From: the human T2T-CHM13v2.0 reference genome, Homo sapiens
Direction: 5' to 3' (one strand)
NCBI RefSeq assembly: GCF_009914755.1
Contig: NC_060939.1
DNA length: 64,000 nucleotides
Under the pieces are notes generated by a model. The model saw only the letters and a program-made list of their open reading frames with translations. It searched no databases and was not told the origin of the DNA. A program made the translations under genes and the position numbers. This document shows, one piece after another, positions 1 to 28,446 of the stretch (position 1 is its first letter; every line of letters starts with the position of its first letter).

Positions 1-1310
1 TTGTTGATATTTTTTCATATATGTCCATGACTGATATTTGTCTATAGTCTTCTTTTCTCTCCATATCATTTTTTGGTTTTGGTGTTATTGTAATGCTGGC
101 CTTATAAAATGAGTTGGGAGTGCTCCCATCTCATCTATTTTCTCTAAAAGATTGTGTACAGTCAAAATTATTTATCCTTCAAATATTTGATAGAAATCAG
201 TAGTGAAAGAACATGTGACTAGATTTTTTGGTAGGTTTTATTTACAAATGCAATTTCTTAATTAATACAGGACTATTTGTTACCTGTTTCTTCTTCAGTG
301 AGACTTGGTAGTATGTGTTGTGTCTCTAGAGGAATTTATTTTTTTCATCTCATCTATTAGATTTGTGTGCATAAAATTATTTTTAGCTTTACTTATTTAT
401 GGTATAGTGTGTATTGATAGCTTGTCTTTCAGTCCTGCTGTTAGTAATCTGTAGTCTCTCTTCTCTTTCCCTTTTTCTCTCTTTGGTTTTGAATTTCACT
501 TATTTCTGCCCTAATTGTTATTAGCTCCTTTCTTTAGTTCCTTAGATTTAAGTTGTTGTTCTTTCTCTACGTTCCTAAAGAAGAATCTTAGGCTACTGAG
601 GTGAGATTACTCTTTTCAAAGAACCAACTTTTAGCTACGTTTATTTCTTCTACTGCTTTCCAACCTTCTATTTTATTGATTTATGCTCTAATCTTTATTA
701 TTTCTTTACTTCTGCTAGCTTCAGATTTAGTTTTCTCTGGTTTTTATACTGCCTTTTAGGTGTAGAGTGAGGTTACTGATTTGAGCTTTTTTTAAATGTA
801 GTTGTTTATGTCCATACATTTTCCTTCAAACTCTACTTTCACTGCAGTCACTAAGTTTTGGTATGTTTTGTTTTTATTTGTCTTAAGATACTTTATAATT
901 TCACTTATGATTTATTCTTTCACTGGTAGTTTAAGAGTGTAGTGTTTAATTTCTACATATTTGTGAATTTTTCAGGTTTCATTTTTTATTTATGTTTCCT
1001 CCATTGTGGTTGTAAATTATATTTTGTATGATTTAAAACTTTTGTAAATGATTAGGACATATTTTTGTGGACGAAGATATGACCTATCCTAGAGAAAGTT
1101 CCATATCCACTTAAAAGGAATGTATATTCTGCTGTTTTGGGGTGGACTGTTCTGTATATGTGTATTAGCTCTAAATGGCTTATACTGTTGTTCAAGTCTT
1201 CTATTTCTCATGAAGCTTCTGTCTGGTTTTTCTATCCATTAATTAAAATGAGGTATTGAAGTGTCCAACTACTATTATAGAACTGTGTGCTTATCCTTTC
1301 AATCCTGTTC
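1..1310 (-). mobile_element. Old L1 (L1M-type) fragment
   Basis: T-rich degenerate antisense L1 ORF2 text (aagaaccaacttttag, ctaatctttattatttc, aggaatgtatattctgctgtttt). Confidence 0.7.
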
Positions 1311-1504
1311 ATTTTTTTTCAGCTTTACTGAGGTATATTTGAGAAATAAATATTGTACATATTCAAAGTTTACAATGTGATGTTTCTATCTACATGCGCA
1401 TTTTGAAATGATTACCAAAATGAAGTCAATTAACATATTAATTACCTCGCATAATAGTTACCTTTTTTGTGTGCATGCATGGGATAAGAATACTTAACCA
1501 TAAC

Positions 1505-3060
1505 CCTGCAGAGTGGCCATTCCAGCTGCTCCAGGCTCCTGCAGAGGAGGAGCGGGGCGGGTGGCACCACCAGGGGGGCCCTCAGGCCTGGCGCGCACGC
1601 ATTTCGGAGGCTGCCCAGGCCAAGGTGCAGCTGCCCTCTGCCCTGTGTGTGCAGGTAGCAGCCGCCTGTCAACTCCCGAGCCCGGTCGCGCTGCCAGCGT
1701 CGCAGAACCGGGGTCAGATGTCCCGGCGGCTGCACAGGAGTGAGAACTGAGAACCTGCCGCTCAAAGCCATCACAGGTGACTGCGGAGTCCCCATGCCAG
1801 CAGCTCCTGTCTCCCTGTGGTGGAAGAGCCGGGCGGGATGCGCGGCTTGGGGCTTCTCAGCCTGGGCGCCCTGGCGATCCGCAGGCCTCCCGGGCCAGGC
1901 CCCTCCAGCCCGCCTGGGCACCCAAGCTGCAGCCACCCTCTGTGTGCAGGCAGCAGCCTCTGGGGAACCTCTAAGCCCGCCTGCACTCGTAACATCTCAG
2001 AACCGGGGACAGATGTCCCGGTGGCTAGAGCCAAGCCAGATGGTCTGCCCGATGGCGGCTACACAGGGGCGAGAACCTGCCACTTAATCCCATCCCCGGT
2101 GGCTGCGGAGGGCCCCTGGCCAGCGGTCCTGAGCTCTGGCAGAGGCGGGGGCAGGGCCTGGCGGGCTCTCAGGCTCGGTGTACTCGCGATCCAGAGGCCG
2201 CCCAGGCCATGTTCCACTGCCTGGACACCCAAGCTGTAGCCGCCCTCCGCCTGCAAGCAGTAGCTGCCTGGCAACTCCCAAGCTCGCTCGCGCTCCCAGC
2301 ATCGCAGAACCAGGGCCAAATGTCACCGTGGCTGCGGCCAAGCCAGGCGGTCTGCCCGGCGGCGGCTGCAGAGGGGCGAGAACTGAGAACCTGCCGCTCA
2401 ACCCCATCTCTGTAGGCTGCGGAGTGGGGTCCGGACTCCCTCGGACGGCCTGGCCAGCAGTTCTGAGGTCCGGCAGAGGAGGAGGGCAGGAGGCACGGCG
2501 AAGGGTACGGACTCTCAGGCCGCGCGCGCTCGCAATCCCAAGACTGCCCAGGCCATGCCCCGCTAGCCCTGGGCGCCCAAGCTGCAGCTGCTTTTTTGTT
2601 TGTTTTTCTTTTTGCAGGCAGCAGCTGCCAGGCAACCTCCAAGCCCGCCAGCACCCCCAGCCTCGCAGAACTCGGGCCAGTGTCGCCGTGGCTGCAGCCA
2701 AGCCCGGCGGTCGGCCTGGCGGCGGCTGCACTAAAAACAAAAACTGGCCTCAGCCCCATCCCCGGTGGCTGCGGAGGGCCCCTGCCAGCGGCCCTATCTT
2801 TCTTCAAAGGAGGAGCAGGGCGGCCAGAGCGGCCGGGAGGGCTGCGCGCCTGCGATCCTACGGCGTCCCAGGGGAGCCCAAGAGAACCGGTGAGCCAGCG
2901 GCGCCTGCGCCCAAGCTGTAGCCGCCCCTTGCGGACCGCGCCACTTGGGAGAGGCTTCCGGAGTCCCCGCGGGCGCTGAGCTGCAAGCGTGCGCCTACAG
3001 GCTTCGCTTGGCTTACTCGGTCTGAGAGGTCGGAGGCTGCCAGTGTCGCTGCTGAAGGCT
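1505..3060. promoter_or_regulatory. CpG island made of about five degenerate 300-350 bp tandem units
   Basis: Very GC- and CpG-rich. The anchor cc(c)aag(c/g)tg recurs at 1620, 1921, 2228, 2576 and 2910; gagaac(tgagaac)ctgcc recurs at ~1742, 2071 and 2378. Confidence 0.8.
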
Positions 3061-3127
3061 GTTAAAACCAGCTACACAACCATCTGAAAGCCATTTTCCT
3101 CCCTCTGGTTAAAAACAGTCATATGTC

Positions 3128-4381
<1,254 letters not shown>

Positions 4382-5588
4382 ATCTGATGTCAAAAAGATT
4401 AATAAATGGTGCCTCCTGAGTGGCTGGGATTGCAGGCATGTGCCACCATACCCCATTAGTTGTTTAGTTTTTATTTTTTTTGGTAGAGACAGGGTTTCTC
4501 CATGTTGGTCGGGGTGGTCTGGAGCTCCTCCCTCAGGTAATCCGCCGGCCTCGGCCTCCCGGGGTGCTGGGATTGCAGGCGTGAGTCACTGAGCCTGGCC
4601 CGAAACCCGGTCCCATAACGGAAAAACAAAACAAAAACCACAAAGATTAGCCGCCCCACAGGTAGTCCCAGCTGCTCCCAAGGCTGACCTAGGAGGATTG
4701 CTTGAGCCCGGGGGTGGAGGTGGCAGTGAGCCATGATGGCGCTGCTGCAGTCCAGACAGAGCAACAGAGAGGGACTGTGTCTCAGGAAACGGGAGAGGAA
4801 AAAAAAAAGTATACAAAAGTGCTAAATCAAGGAACAGCTTGACAGTATATTATTGAGAGACAAAGAGGCAAAGGTTAGCAGACACCGATGTTCGCTTAGT
4901 GGAACTGCAGGTGTCCCCCACAGGAGGGTGCCACTTTTCCAAAAGAAATGTATTATTGACAAAAAAAAAAAAGTTGTAGGTTTGTTACAATATACAAATA
5001 GCTAAACTTTATATAGCCACGACCCTCTTCTAGCACTGCTCTAAGCCTTTTCCTGCTCTGGAATAGCTACTATTGTTACCTCCATTGTAGAGAAAACAGA
5101 TGGGGGAGGTTGTTGTGGAAGGACCAGGGAAACTGACTATGAAATTGACTTGTAAGTTGAGGACTTAAAGGTTCTTCCTGCTTTGCTCCTTACATTGCCA
5201 CATTTTAGTTAACATACCTCTTAAAATACTGATCCTTTCTGTATTTGGAGGGACTCCTCTTGCAGTTTGAAGTTTTTTCTTACACTAAGCATCTGGTTAG
5301 AAGATCATCTCCATTTTATGTCAGTTTAAGTTTAGACATTGTTCAGTAAGGAATGTAAATATGAGCAAACAGTTATCTGATTGAAATAGATAAACTAGAA
5401 AAAAAATCACCTATGAGAAAGTCAACAAAATGTCAACTCTGGATTTGTGGCTATTTTCAGAATATTAATTTTTTGATATTTAATGGCATTGTGAATATAT
5501 TTATTTTTAAGAATTCCTTGTCTTCTACAGATACATATAAGGTAATTAAAAATGATAGGATGTATAGGTTTTACTTCAAAATAATTCA

Positions 5589-6023
<435 letters not shown>

Positions 6024-7248
6024 TTATATCATTTATTATATATAATATATATATTATTTTTCTCAACTTTTTTTTACATCTGAAACTTTCTATTGAACAC
6101 ATGGACATGTCCCTTGATAACTGGGGCTGCTTCCCCATTATTCTCTCAGCAGCCCTTCTGATTTTCACTCCATCTTCATTCTTAGAGATTCTGGATTTTA
6201 TTTTTTTTTTGGGGAAGTTCAAGTATGTCTTTGCAAGGATTATCCAGCATGTCTACCTACTCAATCATATTATCAGAAACAGAAAAAGTGTCCAGATTCT
6301 TGTCTTGTCCTGTTCAGATTTTTTAAATTCCAAGAACAGTCACCTTCTACCAGACACTCTGATGTTGGAAGACAAAGCATATTTGGTAAGTGGCATGATT
6401 TCTGGGCTCCGATTTAGAACAGTCACAGCTTTCAACAATCCAAAAATAGCTGACTGTGACTCACCATATTTAGAAAGATGGAGATTATTAAAAAAAGAAA
6501 ACCTTAATTTATTATGTGACCGCTAAGTGTCTCGGCTGAAAATTGTAAAGATAGAAAGGTAAATCAAAAGATACAGAGACTGTAATCATGCACTTAATAA
6601 AGCGCTAAATCAAAATATATTTGGCATATGTGAAAGAGTTTAATTTTATCCCATTTTCTACTGGCACTATAGGTATTTGTAAGTACATATAAAACTACAG
6701 TGTTACATATAAACTACCAAAAAGGAACTTAAGAAACGAGACTAATCTAGCAACTTTATTTAAAAGTTTATCTTAAGGGAATAATTAAGGATGTCCATAC
6801 AAAAGGATTTAGCCATGACACGAGAATGTTCTTCCTGGCAAATCAATGGAAATTATTAAATGTGCAAAAGGGAACTGTTGGAATAAATTCTAATGCCTTC
6901 ATATGATCGTATGTCGTAACCTTTTAAAATGATATTAAAGAGTTGCATACATTGACTTAAACAGATATTCATAACACATCACTGAATAGGAGAAATACGG
7001 GCCAGCAAAGAACATAGAGTTGGTCCAATTTCTACAAAAAAAAGAAGACTAATAGCATGACAGCAGGGAAGGGGGAATATGTCAATGTATGTGTGTATAT
7101 ATATGTATGCATAGCAAGTATGAACTTGAAAGGATATATATCAAATTGTTTACACAGATTACCTCAGAGAGGTAAATAACTGGCCTTTGGTGTTCTGTGT
7201 TCCATAGATTCTGAATTTTCTTTTTTTATTTAAATAGAGATGGGATCT

Positions 7249-7838
7249 TAGCCAGGAGCAGTGGCTCACACCTGTAATCCCAGCACTTTGGGAGGCTGAG
7301 GAGGGCGGATTGCTTAAGGCCAGGAGTTGAAGACCAATCTGGCCAACATGGCAAAACTCTGTCTCTACTAAAAATCCAAAAATTAGCCAGGCGCAGTGGC
7401 TTATGCCTATAACCCCAGGTACTCGGGAGGCTGAGGCATAAGAATTGCTTGAACCAGGAGGCAGAGGTTGCAGTGAGCAGAGATTGCACCACTGCACTCC
7501 AGCTTAGGCAACAGACCGAGACTCTGTCAAAAAATAAAAACAAAACAAAACACCACCACCAACAACAAAACAGTAATAAAGAGAAAATCTTATGGACAGG
7601 AGCAATGTCTCATGCCTGTAACCCCAGTGCTTTGGGAGGCCAAGATGGGAGAATCGCTTGAGCCCAGGAGTTCAAGACCAGCATGGGCAACATAGCAAGA
7701 CCTTTTCTCTACAAAAAATTTAAAAATTAGCCAGGCATAGTAGTGCATGCTTATACTCCCAGCTACCTGGGAGGCTGAGGTGGGAGGATCACTTGAGCAT
7801 GAGAGTTGGAGGTTGCAGTGAACTGTGATCACACCACT
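7249..7838 (+). mobile_element. Two tandem Alus, the second 3'-truncated
   Basis: Alu 7249-7570; Alu 7594-7838 ends abruptly at acaccactg. Confidence 0.85.
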
Positions 7839-8599
7839 GGGAAGCCATGACCCCATCCCTGCCTTCTTCCTCTGTCCTATGCTAGCAATAAGTAAGTTTC
7901 CCAGCCACAAATAATTATTAGAACCTCCTCCCCATGTGCCACCTCCAACCACCGCTAGGTATGATACAGGGGTGGCCCTACCCTCTGGAATATACAAAAC
8001 CTTACACAGACACAATATATACACCGGGGAAGGGGGGCCACCCCAGCAGCCCATGCCTTCGCCTGGTCCACAGTTAGCCCCACTGTCCTGCCTCAGCTAC
8101 CTCTCTGAATAAGAAGATTGGAGCCCCCACTGAGGGAAAAGTTGCTATGGTGAGAGTAAGGAGGCCATGAGGCCTCCTCCAAACAAACCAACTCCACCAG
8201 CCTCTGGCTCTTAAATAACAATATCATCCAGAAATTTAAGGACTCAGCTCTGGTCAAGGTGGCAAAGGGTCTGTTTGTCTTTCCTCGTTAGACAGTGGTC
8301 TTGTCTTGCTACCCTAATTGTAAAGGGGTGACTGGGAAGGGGAGATAGGGACAGTGTGGTGGTGGAGAGACCCCAGCCCCACTTCTCCAGGCTTTGCTGA
8401 CAGGGGCCTGCTTTTAATTTTAATTTTTATTTTTATCCCATGCCTTTTTTTTTAAATCCCATAACTTCTTTTTCATAACTATTTTTGGTAACTTTTCATA
8501 AAACTTTTTTCTACTTTTTGGTCACAAGATTTTTTTGCCACAACTTTTTTACATTTTTTATCCCATAACTTTTTCACCCCATAACTTTTGTTAATCCCA

Positions 8600-11500
8600 T
8601 AACTTTTTTATTTTGTGTTCTTTTAATAAACTCTTGCATAGTTATATTACAATTTTGTAAAAATGAAACATTATCTCATGCCAAGCATGCTCAGCATTTG
8701 CACAGTATCAATACCTTTAATACTATATTTTTCAAGACACACAGAATAAAATTTTAAGGCAAAAACAGCACTTTGCAACAACTTAATAATTTATTACATT
8801 ACAGTAGCATCACACCAGCAGTCAATAATGCCACTTTAGGCAAAAGTCTTTCAGTATTTCCGTTTTACATTCCGCTTACAAGAATTCATAAATTGGTAAA
8901 ATTCATTCTAAGAAAACTTGGCAAATAAAGCTTTGGACTGGAATTGGCATTTCTTTCTCTACTTTTCCTTCCCACCATTTATTTCCTTTACAGTATTCAT
9001 ATTTTAAAATGTTTTAACTTATTTCAGAACATTAAGATAGCAGTTACATTGTTTAATAGTTATTTTAAAATGACTCTTTCAGATAAAGTTTTAGAGAAAC
9101 TATAGTATGGATAGGGCTGATTTACATTTTCAAATTTTCTAAAAATCAGCTTTGGTTTTAGAGCTGATTTTTGTTCATTTCTGGAAAACCTATCAGATTT
9201 AATCCAATACTTTAAAAATGATTATTATATATTGCACTCTTTAAATCGGTGATTTGATTCTTCCTACAGAAATTCAAATTTATTGAATTGAACTCACATT
9301 TTAGAATTCTGTTTCTGATGAACTCTAACCTTCCAATGTTGCCTTCTAAGCAAATTGAAAGCTGCCTTATACCGAATGAGGAAGAATACCAATACTTGGC
9401 TGAATGAGGTATCGCAAAAGACTGCATGCACTTTGAAGAAAGACTTAAGTTATAGTCATGCGATTTCCATTCTTTTTAGCTTTTTCTTAAATATATGACA
9501 AATATCTACACAAAGAGTGGTATTTCTGTTAATACAGTCAATTTATTTTCCAGATTGACATTCAGCTTAAATATGCCAGTATGTGATTTAATCCATAGGC
9601 ACCTGATGAACACATTATTGTCAGATTGGTTACAGATGCTCGTAGTTGTCTTTAAACTGAACTCAAAGAATGCAAAAACATCAAGTTCAGAAAATAAAAG
9701 GCAAGGACAGGACTTTAAGTGCATTTTAAAGCCACGGGCTAGAAATCGTACCACTGTTAACTAGCCGCATTATTTGGTCTAACATTTTTTCTTTATCATT
9801 CTGAAACTGGGTTTATCTAATACATTGATACATTCATACAATTTGGACGAGTCCGTTGAAGTCACAAGGACCCGATATTTGCACTCTTTCAGTGATTGCC
9901 GGCAAATCTGTTATTCCATCGGCAAAATCGTACTGCTGCTCTCCTGTTAATGTCGTATTTATAAAAGTATCATGAGGATGCCAAATGCTAAAAATGGAGA
10001 TGGTCTAGTAACTAGAAATCCCCACCCCAGGGAGCACACATACATATCTCCCTACATCCTAATAATGTGATGTGTTTTGGAACACAGACATTAGAACTTC
10101 ATGAAGTTTTAACTGTTGAGTCTTTCCCAAGCATCATCAAGTTATGATTTAGGCAATGTACAACTGAAATTCATTCATTCATCATGCATAGGCACAATCA
10201 CATAAATACTGCACAAAATATGCCCGTAAGTGAAACCCAGAGGTACAGAAACACATTTCACTCTTCACAAAGAAGTTTGTGAGGAAATATAACTCTGTGA
10301 TTGTATAGACATGTTTCCTGATAATACACTGACATTCACCAACAGTAGATTGCACTGCAGTTTGTACACATTTTAAGTTGCATAAACTTCTCCTTGATTT
10401 TCAAAGATAGTATAATACTGTCTACTAAAACTCCTTTTTGTTTCAACTAAGCACTCTCACATATATTAGTTTATAACAATGTTTATTATTATTTCAAAGT
10501 GTTTTCCATTCAAGGAAAAGAAGTCAATTCCTATGTCAAAGTAACCAAGGTGGTTGAAGAATAGGCAGAGTGGTCTAGATGGTAAAATCAATCTTCAAGC
10601 CTCAAAGAAGCTCCATGAACAGAGGAATGCCAGGTGTCACACAGCTTTCCTTCACTCTAATTCATTCTTGACTAGAGCCTGTATGCGTGTTCCAGGGACA
10701 TTTAAACTCTTAAAGGATTTCTTCTGATCTTTACTAAATACATTAAGAAGAATGCCAACCAGTGCCCTTTTGTGTACTGGGACATGCAGTCATGTGATTA
10801 AAACAGGTAACATGAACTCTGACTTTAAAATATAGATACAAATGCTCTAAGCTAGGAAAGGTTTTCCACATCCATAGTCAATGATGGGAACCTTTCATTC
10901 CTCAGAAATAAGCCCTTTTTAGGTCATCAAAAAAGAGTACAACTGCTGCAGCTCATGATGCAATATCTTCATGAGCCCAGAGCACATACAAATCCTAAAG
11001 GAACTACAATAGTACAGCACTAATTCTTGGCAACAGAACAAATGAAACACACTCTATCTTGCACATACCTGCCAGAGCAGGCAACTTTCCTCTTCTGTGA
11101 AATTTAAAAAGCTCCCCCAAAATGTTATTACTCCCATCACCAATACACAGAAAATGAGGGAAAGGCTGTTTCCAGTTCTCGGCCTTTAAACAACTCTAAA
11201 TGTCAGTACTCTTGGTGGCATATTACAAAGTATTAAATAGTGCACACTTGGGGCAAACCACATATTGTGCTAATGAAGAGCTCACTGTGATTAAGATTAG
11301 ATCAAACAATAGCAGAACATAGGCAAATTTTATCTGAATTCTGTAATGAATATACATGCTGCAATAACATTAAAAACACATGGCAGCCTATTCCAAACCA
11401 GCAAGAATAGTTTTGTGCAAATAGTGGGTCTTTGTGTGTTTGAACTCCCACCACGTAAGGGCAAACTCAATATGCATGCTAATGACCTACAATCATGAAA

Positions 11501-11729
11501 TTGAAAAAGAAAATTGCGAAAGTATGCCAGAGTGAACATCAGTGAAAGCCACAGAGACCCACTCTCTTTTAACTATTTACAAATAAACTTAAACTATAAA
11601 TTAGAAACACAAATAATCATAAGTGGCTATAACATTCAAACGAAGTAAATGAATTGTGTAGGAGATTAACCCCATAACTTTGTTTCTTTTTTAAAAATTT
11701 CTTGAGCAGGTCTTTGACGATGGTCATGT
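8600..11729 (-). other. Long AT-rich 3' UTR of the GOLGA8 copy
   Basis: Repeat-poor sequence downstream of the stop codon. ATTAAA/AATAAA on the minus strand near 8607-8627, followed by an A-rich tract. Confidence 0.6.
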
Positions 11730-22034
<10,305 letters not shown>

Positions 22035-22079
22035 CAGCAAAATCCCACCAAGCACTGATCAACACCTCCAGTCACCTAC

Positions 22080-22330
22080 CAGGTAGCTGTGCGACTGAGC
22101 CAGAGGAGGCGTAACCAGGGATGCAGTAGAAGGCAGAATAGGGGCGTGGCCTTAATGCTCCAAGCCCATTGGTTAATGAGAAAGATGAAAGGGAAAGGGG
22201 GCGTGGCCAGGCATCATGTGTCCAGAGGGACCTTTGGCTCACAAGGAAAGCTGCCCATGCAACCACTGTCCCCACCCACCCTAAGAGAGGGGAGAGGCCG
22301 CCAACTCTGGGAGAGGGGCAGGGCCGGCTT
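22080..22330 (-). promoter_or_regulatory. Putative GOLGA8 proximal promoter
   Basis: CCAAT box (attgg 22168-22172) and GC-box-like ggggcgtggc at 22141 and ~22197, directly upstream of exon 1. Homologous to 42830-43090. Confidence 0.6.
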
Positions 22331-22713
22331 TTGCTTTAAAAGCTTTTAAAAAATATATATGTGTATACTTTATATATATGTGTGTCTGTGTGTGTGTACC
22401 TGTGTGTTCCTCCAGAGCTGTCTTCATGATCCAGCTTCTATGCAAGGTCTATGATTTTGGCCTATATTTTTCATAGAGTACAAAAATTACCAGTATTACC
22501 TTAACCGAGATACAGATCCTATGAAAATGGAAAATCCATAGCATGCTTGATGATTACTGAAGCAGACTATATTATCCAACATTCCAATAAGATAAAATAA
22601 TCACAATGACTTCTCTTTTTTGGAAAAATGTTTCTCTTATTCTCCTACGTTATTGTGAAGACTTTTTTTCTTAAACAAGAAACGTGTAATATTTGTAAAA
22701 ACACAAAGCTTTT

Positions 22714-23043
<330 letters not shown>

Positions 23044-23577
23044 CTAATATAATTTTAATATCTCCTCCTGGGATTTCACTAAGACACATTTTGGACCTCA
23101 TTCTGATCTTCCTCTCCCCTCCAAGCCCACCAACTTCTGCCCTATCATCTATCCTCATGTCTCTCTGTGTGACATGCTGACTTACTTTTTGGAGAGAATC
23201 GTCTAAACAATTAATTCTTTCTTCTCGTGTCTAATCCATCCACTAGTTTCTTATTTCAACAATTACATTTTTATTTCCTTATTTCATTTTATTCTGAGAC
23301 TGAGTCTCATTCTGTCACACAGGCTGAATTGCAGTGGTACGAACCTGCAGACTCGGCCTCCTGGGCTCAAGTGATCCTCCCACCTCAGCCTCTTGAGTAG
23401 CTGGGACTATAGGCAGGTGCCCCATACCCAGCTAATACCATACCCACACAGCAGAGACATAAAAGATTTCCATCCTCAAAGAAGGTTCCATTGAACAGCA
23501 CTGCTCTAATTCAATAAAAAATACCACTGAGCACAACATAGTAATAGAAAAGATTGAAGAGGCAGTGCTGATACTTA

Positions 23578-23905
<328 letters not shown>

Positions 23906-24383
23906 CACCTGATATTTATTTTTAAGTACACTATTTTCAAACATTCAGAAGTTATTTCATCCTACCTTCATGGTTTCCATTCTATGCCTGGTTTAGAATT
24001 GGGATCTGATAAAATAAACGTGTTCAACAGAACCACTTCTCATGGCTGTATAACAGATGATCAATATGTATTTGCTGAGGAAATCATACAATTTTCTTAA
24101 TTTTTTTTAACAAAAATTGTGCTTTCAAGGGACCAAACTTGAATACTACACCTTCATGTTCTAAGAATCAGGGGACTTATATAAAACCTCAGTTGCCTGA
24201 TAAGGACTACATCAAAGTGAAAAGCCATGGGAAAGAACTAGAAAGTATACTTTTGACCCTAGTTCTGTAAAGTTTCCTTATGCCACAGGTAATACACATC
24301 GCAATTCCTGCCAAATTCTTTCCCTCACCTCTGTTTATGGTCTCGATTCCATAAATAGGAGAAGGGCATGAATTTGCTTTAGT

Positions 24384-24500
24384 TAGATAGACAGATAGAT
24401 GGATAGATAGATAGATGGATGGATGGATGGATGGATAGATAGATAGACAGAGATAAAGATAGAGACAAAGATGGAGACAGAGATGGACATAGAGACAGAT
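24384..24500 (+). repeat. (GATA)n/(GGAT)n compound microsatellite
   Basis: Directly visible. Confidence 0.9.
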
Positions 24501-24704
24501 TTGCAGAAGATAAGTTCTAGGTGAACTAGTGTCAACATTAAAGTGGTATGCCTACATCTAACTATTCTGGAGAGAAAAACATACCTCAAAGAAATTGACT
24601 TAAATATATACAGAGAAAAAGTTTAAGCTGAAAGCTACTGCCTTTTTATATGAGACACTTTAGGAAATTACTTGGGGGGCAAGAGAGAAAATGGGTGGAC
24701 ATAG

Positions 24705-24987
24705 CTCAGAGGTTACACAGTAGCAGATATGTAGGATGAACAAGCCTAGAAATATAATGTACAACGCAAGAAATATAGGTAATAAAATTGTGCTGTATTG
24801 GGATTCACGCTAAATGAGATTTTAAGCTCCTCTTGCCACCAAACAAAAAGAAAACGGGTAACTATCTGAGTTGAAGGATACGTTAATTTGCTTCACTGTA
24901 GTAATTTTTTTAACCATCTATATGCATCCCACAAAATCATGTTGTATACCTTAAATACACAGAATACAATTTATTTAACATAAAAAA
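24705..24987 (+). mobile_element. L1MA-type 3' end
   Basis: gtaggatgaacaagcctaga...gttaatttgcttcactgtag...catgttgtataccttaaat followed by an A-rich end. Confidence 0.65.
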
Positions 24988-25231
24988 CTACTCCAATATT
25001 TTCTGCATTTTTAATATGCTCACCCAAAGAAAGCATTAATTTGCATCTTTGATGTTAAACAGATAGCCTAATCAAGTCACTATCAAGATCAAGACTAAAA
25101 GTTACAGCTTTTTTCTTTTGATGCCTTTCAGATATATCTATTTATATATAAAAATATATATACACACACACATACATACACACACACATCTATATGTAGT
25201 TATGTGTGTGTGTATATATAGTTACAGTTTT

Positions 25232-26530
<1,299 letters not shown>

Positions 26531-26763
26531 AGCCCTGTTACACTATTCTTGGCCCCTCAAGTGACTGTATGAATTTTAGGATCAGCCTCTCGAGTTCCAC
26601 AAAAAAATTCTATTGGGATTTGTGTAGGAATTTCTTGAATTTATAGATTAATTTGTTGAGAAGTAGTATGTTTATAGCATTGAGTCCTACGATTCATAAT
26701 ATATATGGCATATATTTCAGTTTAGTCAGTTCTTCCTTTAAGTCCCTGGGTAATTTTTATATT

Positions 26764-27152
26764 TGTCTTAGTCCCTTCATAGTGCTATAACAAAACACCT
26801 GAGACTGGGTAATTTACACAGAGCAGAAGTTTATTTTCTCAGTTCTGGAGGTTGGGAAGAACAAGATCAAGACTCCAGCAGACACAGTGTCTAGTGAGGG
26901 CCTGGTCTCTGCTTCCAAGATGGTACGTTGAATGCTGCTTCCTCTGGAGCAGGCAAATGCTATGTTCTCATGAGGCAGAAGGGACAGATTTACCACCACC
27001 CACAAGCCCTTTTATAAGGAAGGCACTAATCTCATGCATGAGGGCTCACCCTTATGTCTTAATCACTTCTTAAAGGCCCCACTTCTTAGTACTATCATCT
27101 TGGGAATTAAGTTTTAATACATGAATTTTGGGAGACACATTCAGGCTATGGC
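26764..27152 (-). mobile_element. MaLR solo LTR (MLT1A/MST-like)
   Basis: tgtcttagtcc...gctataacaaaacacctgagactgggtaattta...cagttctggagg...ggagacacattca. Confidence 0.75.
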
Positions 27153-28083
27153 AATACTCTTCATGAAAGGCCTGTGTATACTTTGCTAGATATATTCTCA
27201 GGGTTTTGTTGCTATTGTGAATAGAATCTCTTTTTTTTTTTTTTTTTCTTTTTTTGCCACGGAGTCTGGCTCCTTTGCCCAGGCTGGAGTGCAGTGGCGC
27301 GATCTCGGCTCACTGCAAGCTCTGCCCCTCCAGGTTTAAGCAGCCTGTTGCCCAGGCTGGAATGCAGTAGCATAGTCATAGTTCAATACAGCCTCAAACT
27401 CCTGGGCCCAAATGATTCTCTAAGCTAATATTTTTAATTTTTTAGAGATGGAGTTTCATTCAAGGATCACTAAAGGCCAGTGATCCTCCCGCCTCAGCTT
27501 CTGAAATTGCTGGGATTACAGGTGTGATTGAGCCATGGAGCCTGGCCAGACATGGGCTATTGATTCTCGCTGTTACTCTTTTCCCTTTCCTTCTAATCCT
27601 TGTATTGGGAAGAAAACAGTATGGAAATTTTATTTCTTCATTTTATTGATACGTAGATCTCTGCTTAGAAGACAATTTTAGTTTTAAATTATAAATGTTT
27701 CGTTCATTATTCATAGAAAACTAGATTTGCCATGGGATATTTATAAGTGTTGCACGAATGAAGGGTTTTCTAGTCAAATAAGTTGAAACACATTACGTTA
27801 AACAAACTTGGACAGTTTTGTTTCCGGTCATTTTTAGAGTTCTAAATTATGATTCTACTCAAGAGGATATTGTATGCGGTATTTTCAAACCAACTCATCC
27901 TGCGTCAGGTTGTGGTTACGCTTTGGGAGAGGAAGCTATAATCTTATACTGAGACTGTAATGAATGTATTAAGGTAATTTTCGTAGCTTTCTCTTTTTGG
28001 AGCTACCTGAGAAATTATGACACCCTTTTCCAAACAGGCCAACCTGCTTTGCAAACACGATTTCCATAATTTTAACAATGGTG

Positions 28084-28446
<363 letters not shown>

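Noticed and set aside
1442-2979. Many overlapping 100-250 aa ORFs
   Set aside because: Expected in very GC-rich repeated DNA; no recognisable protein.
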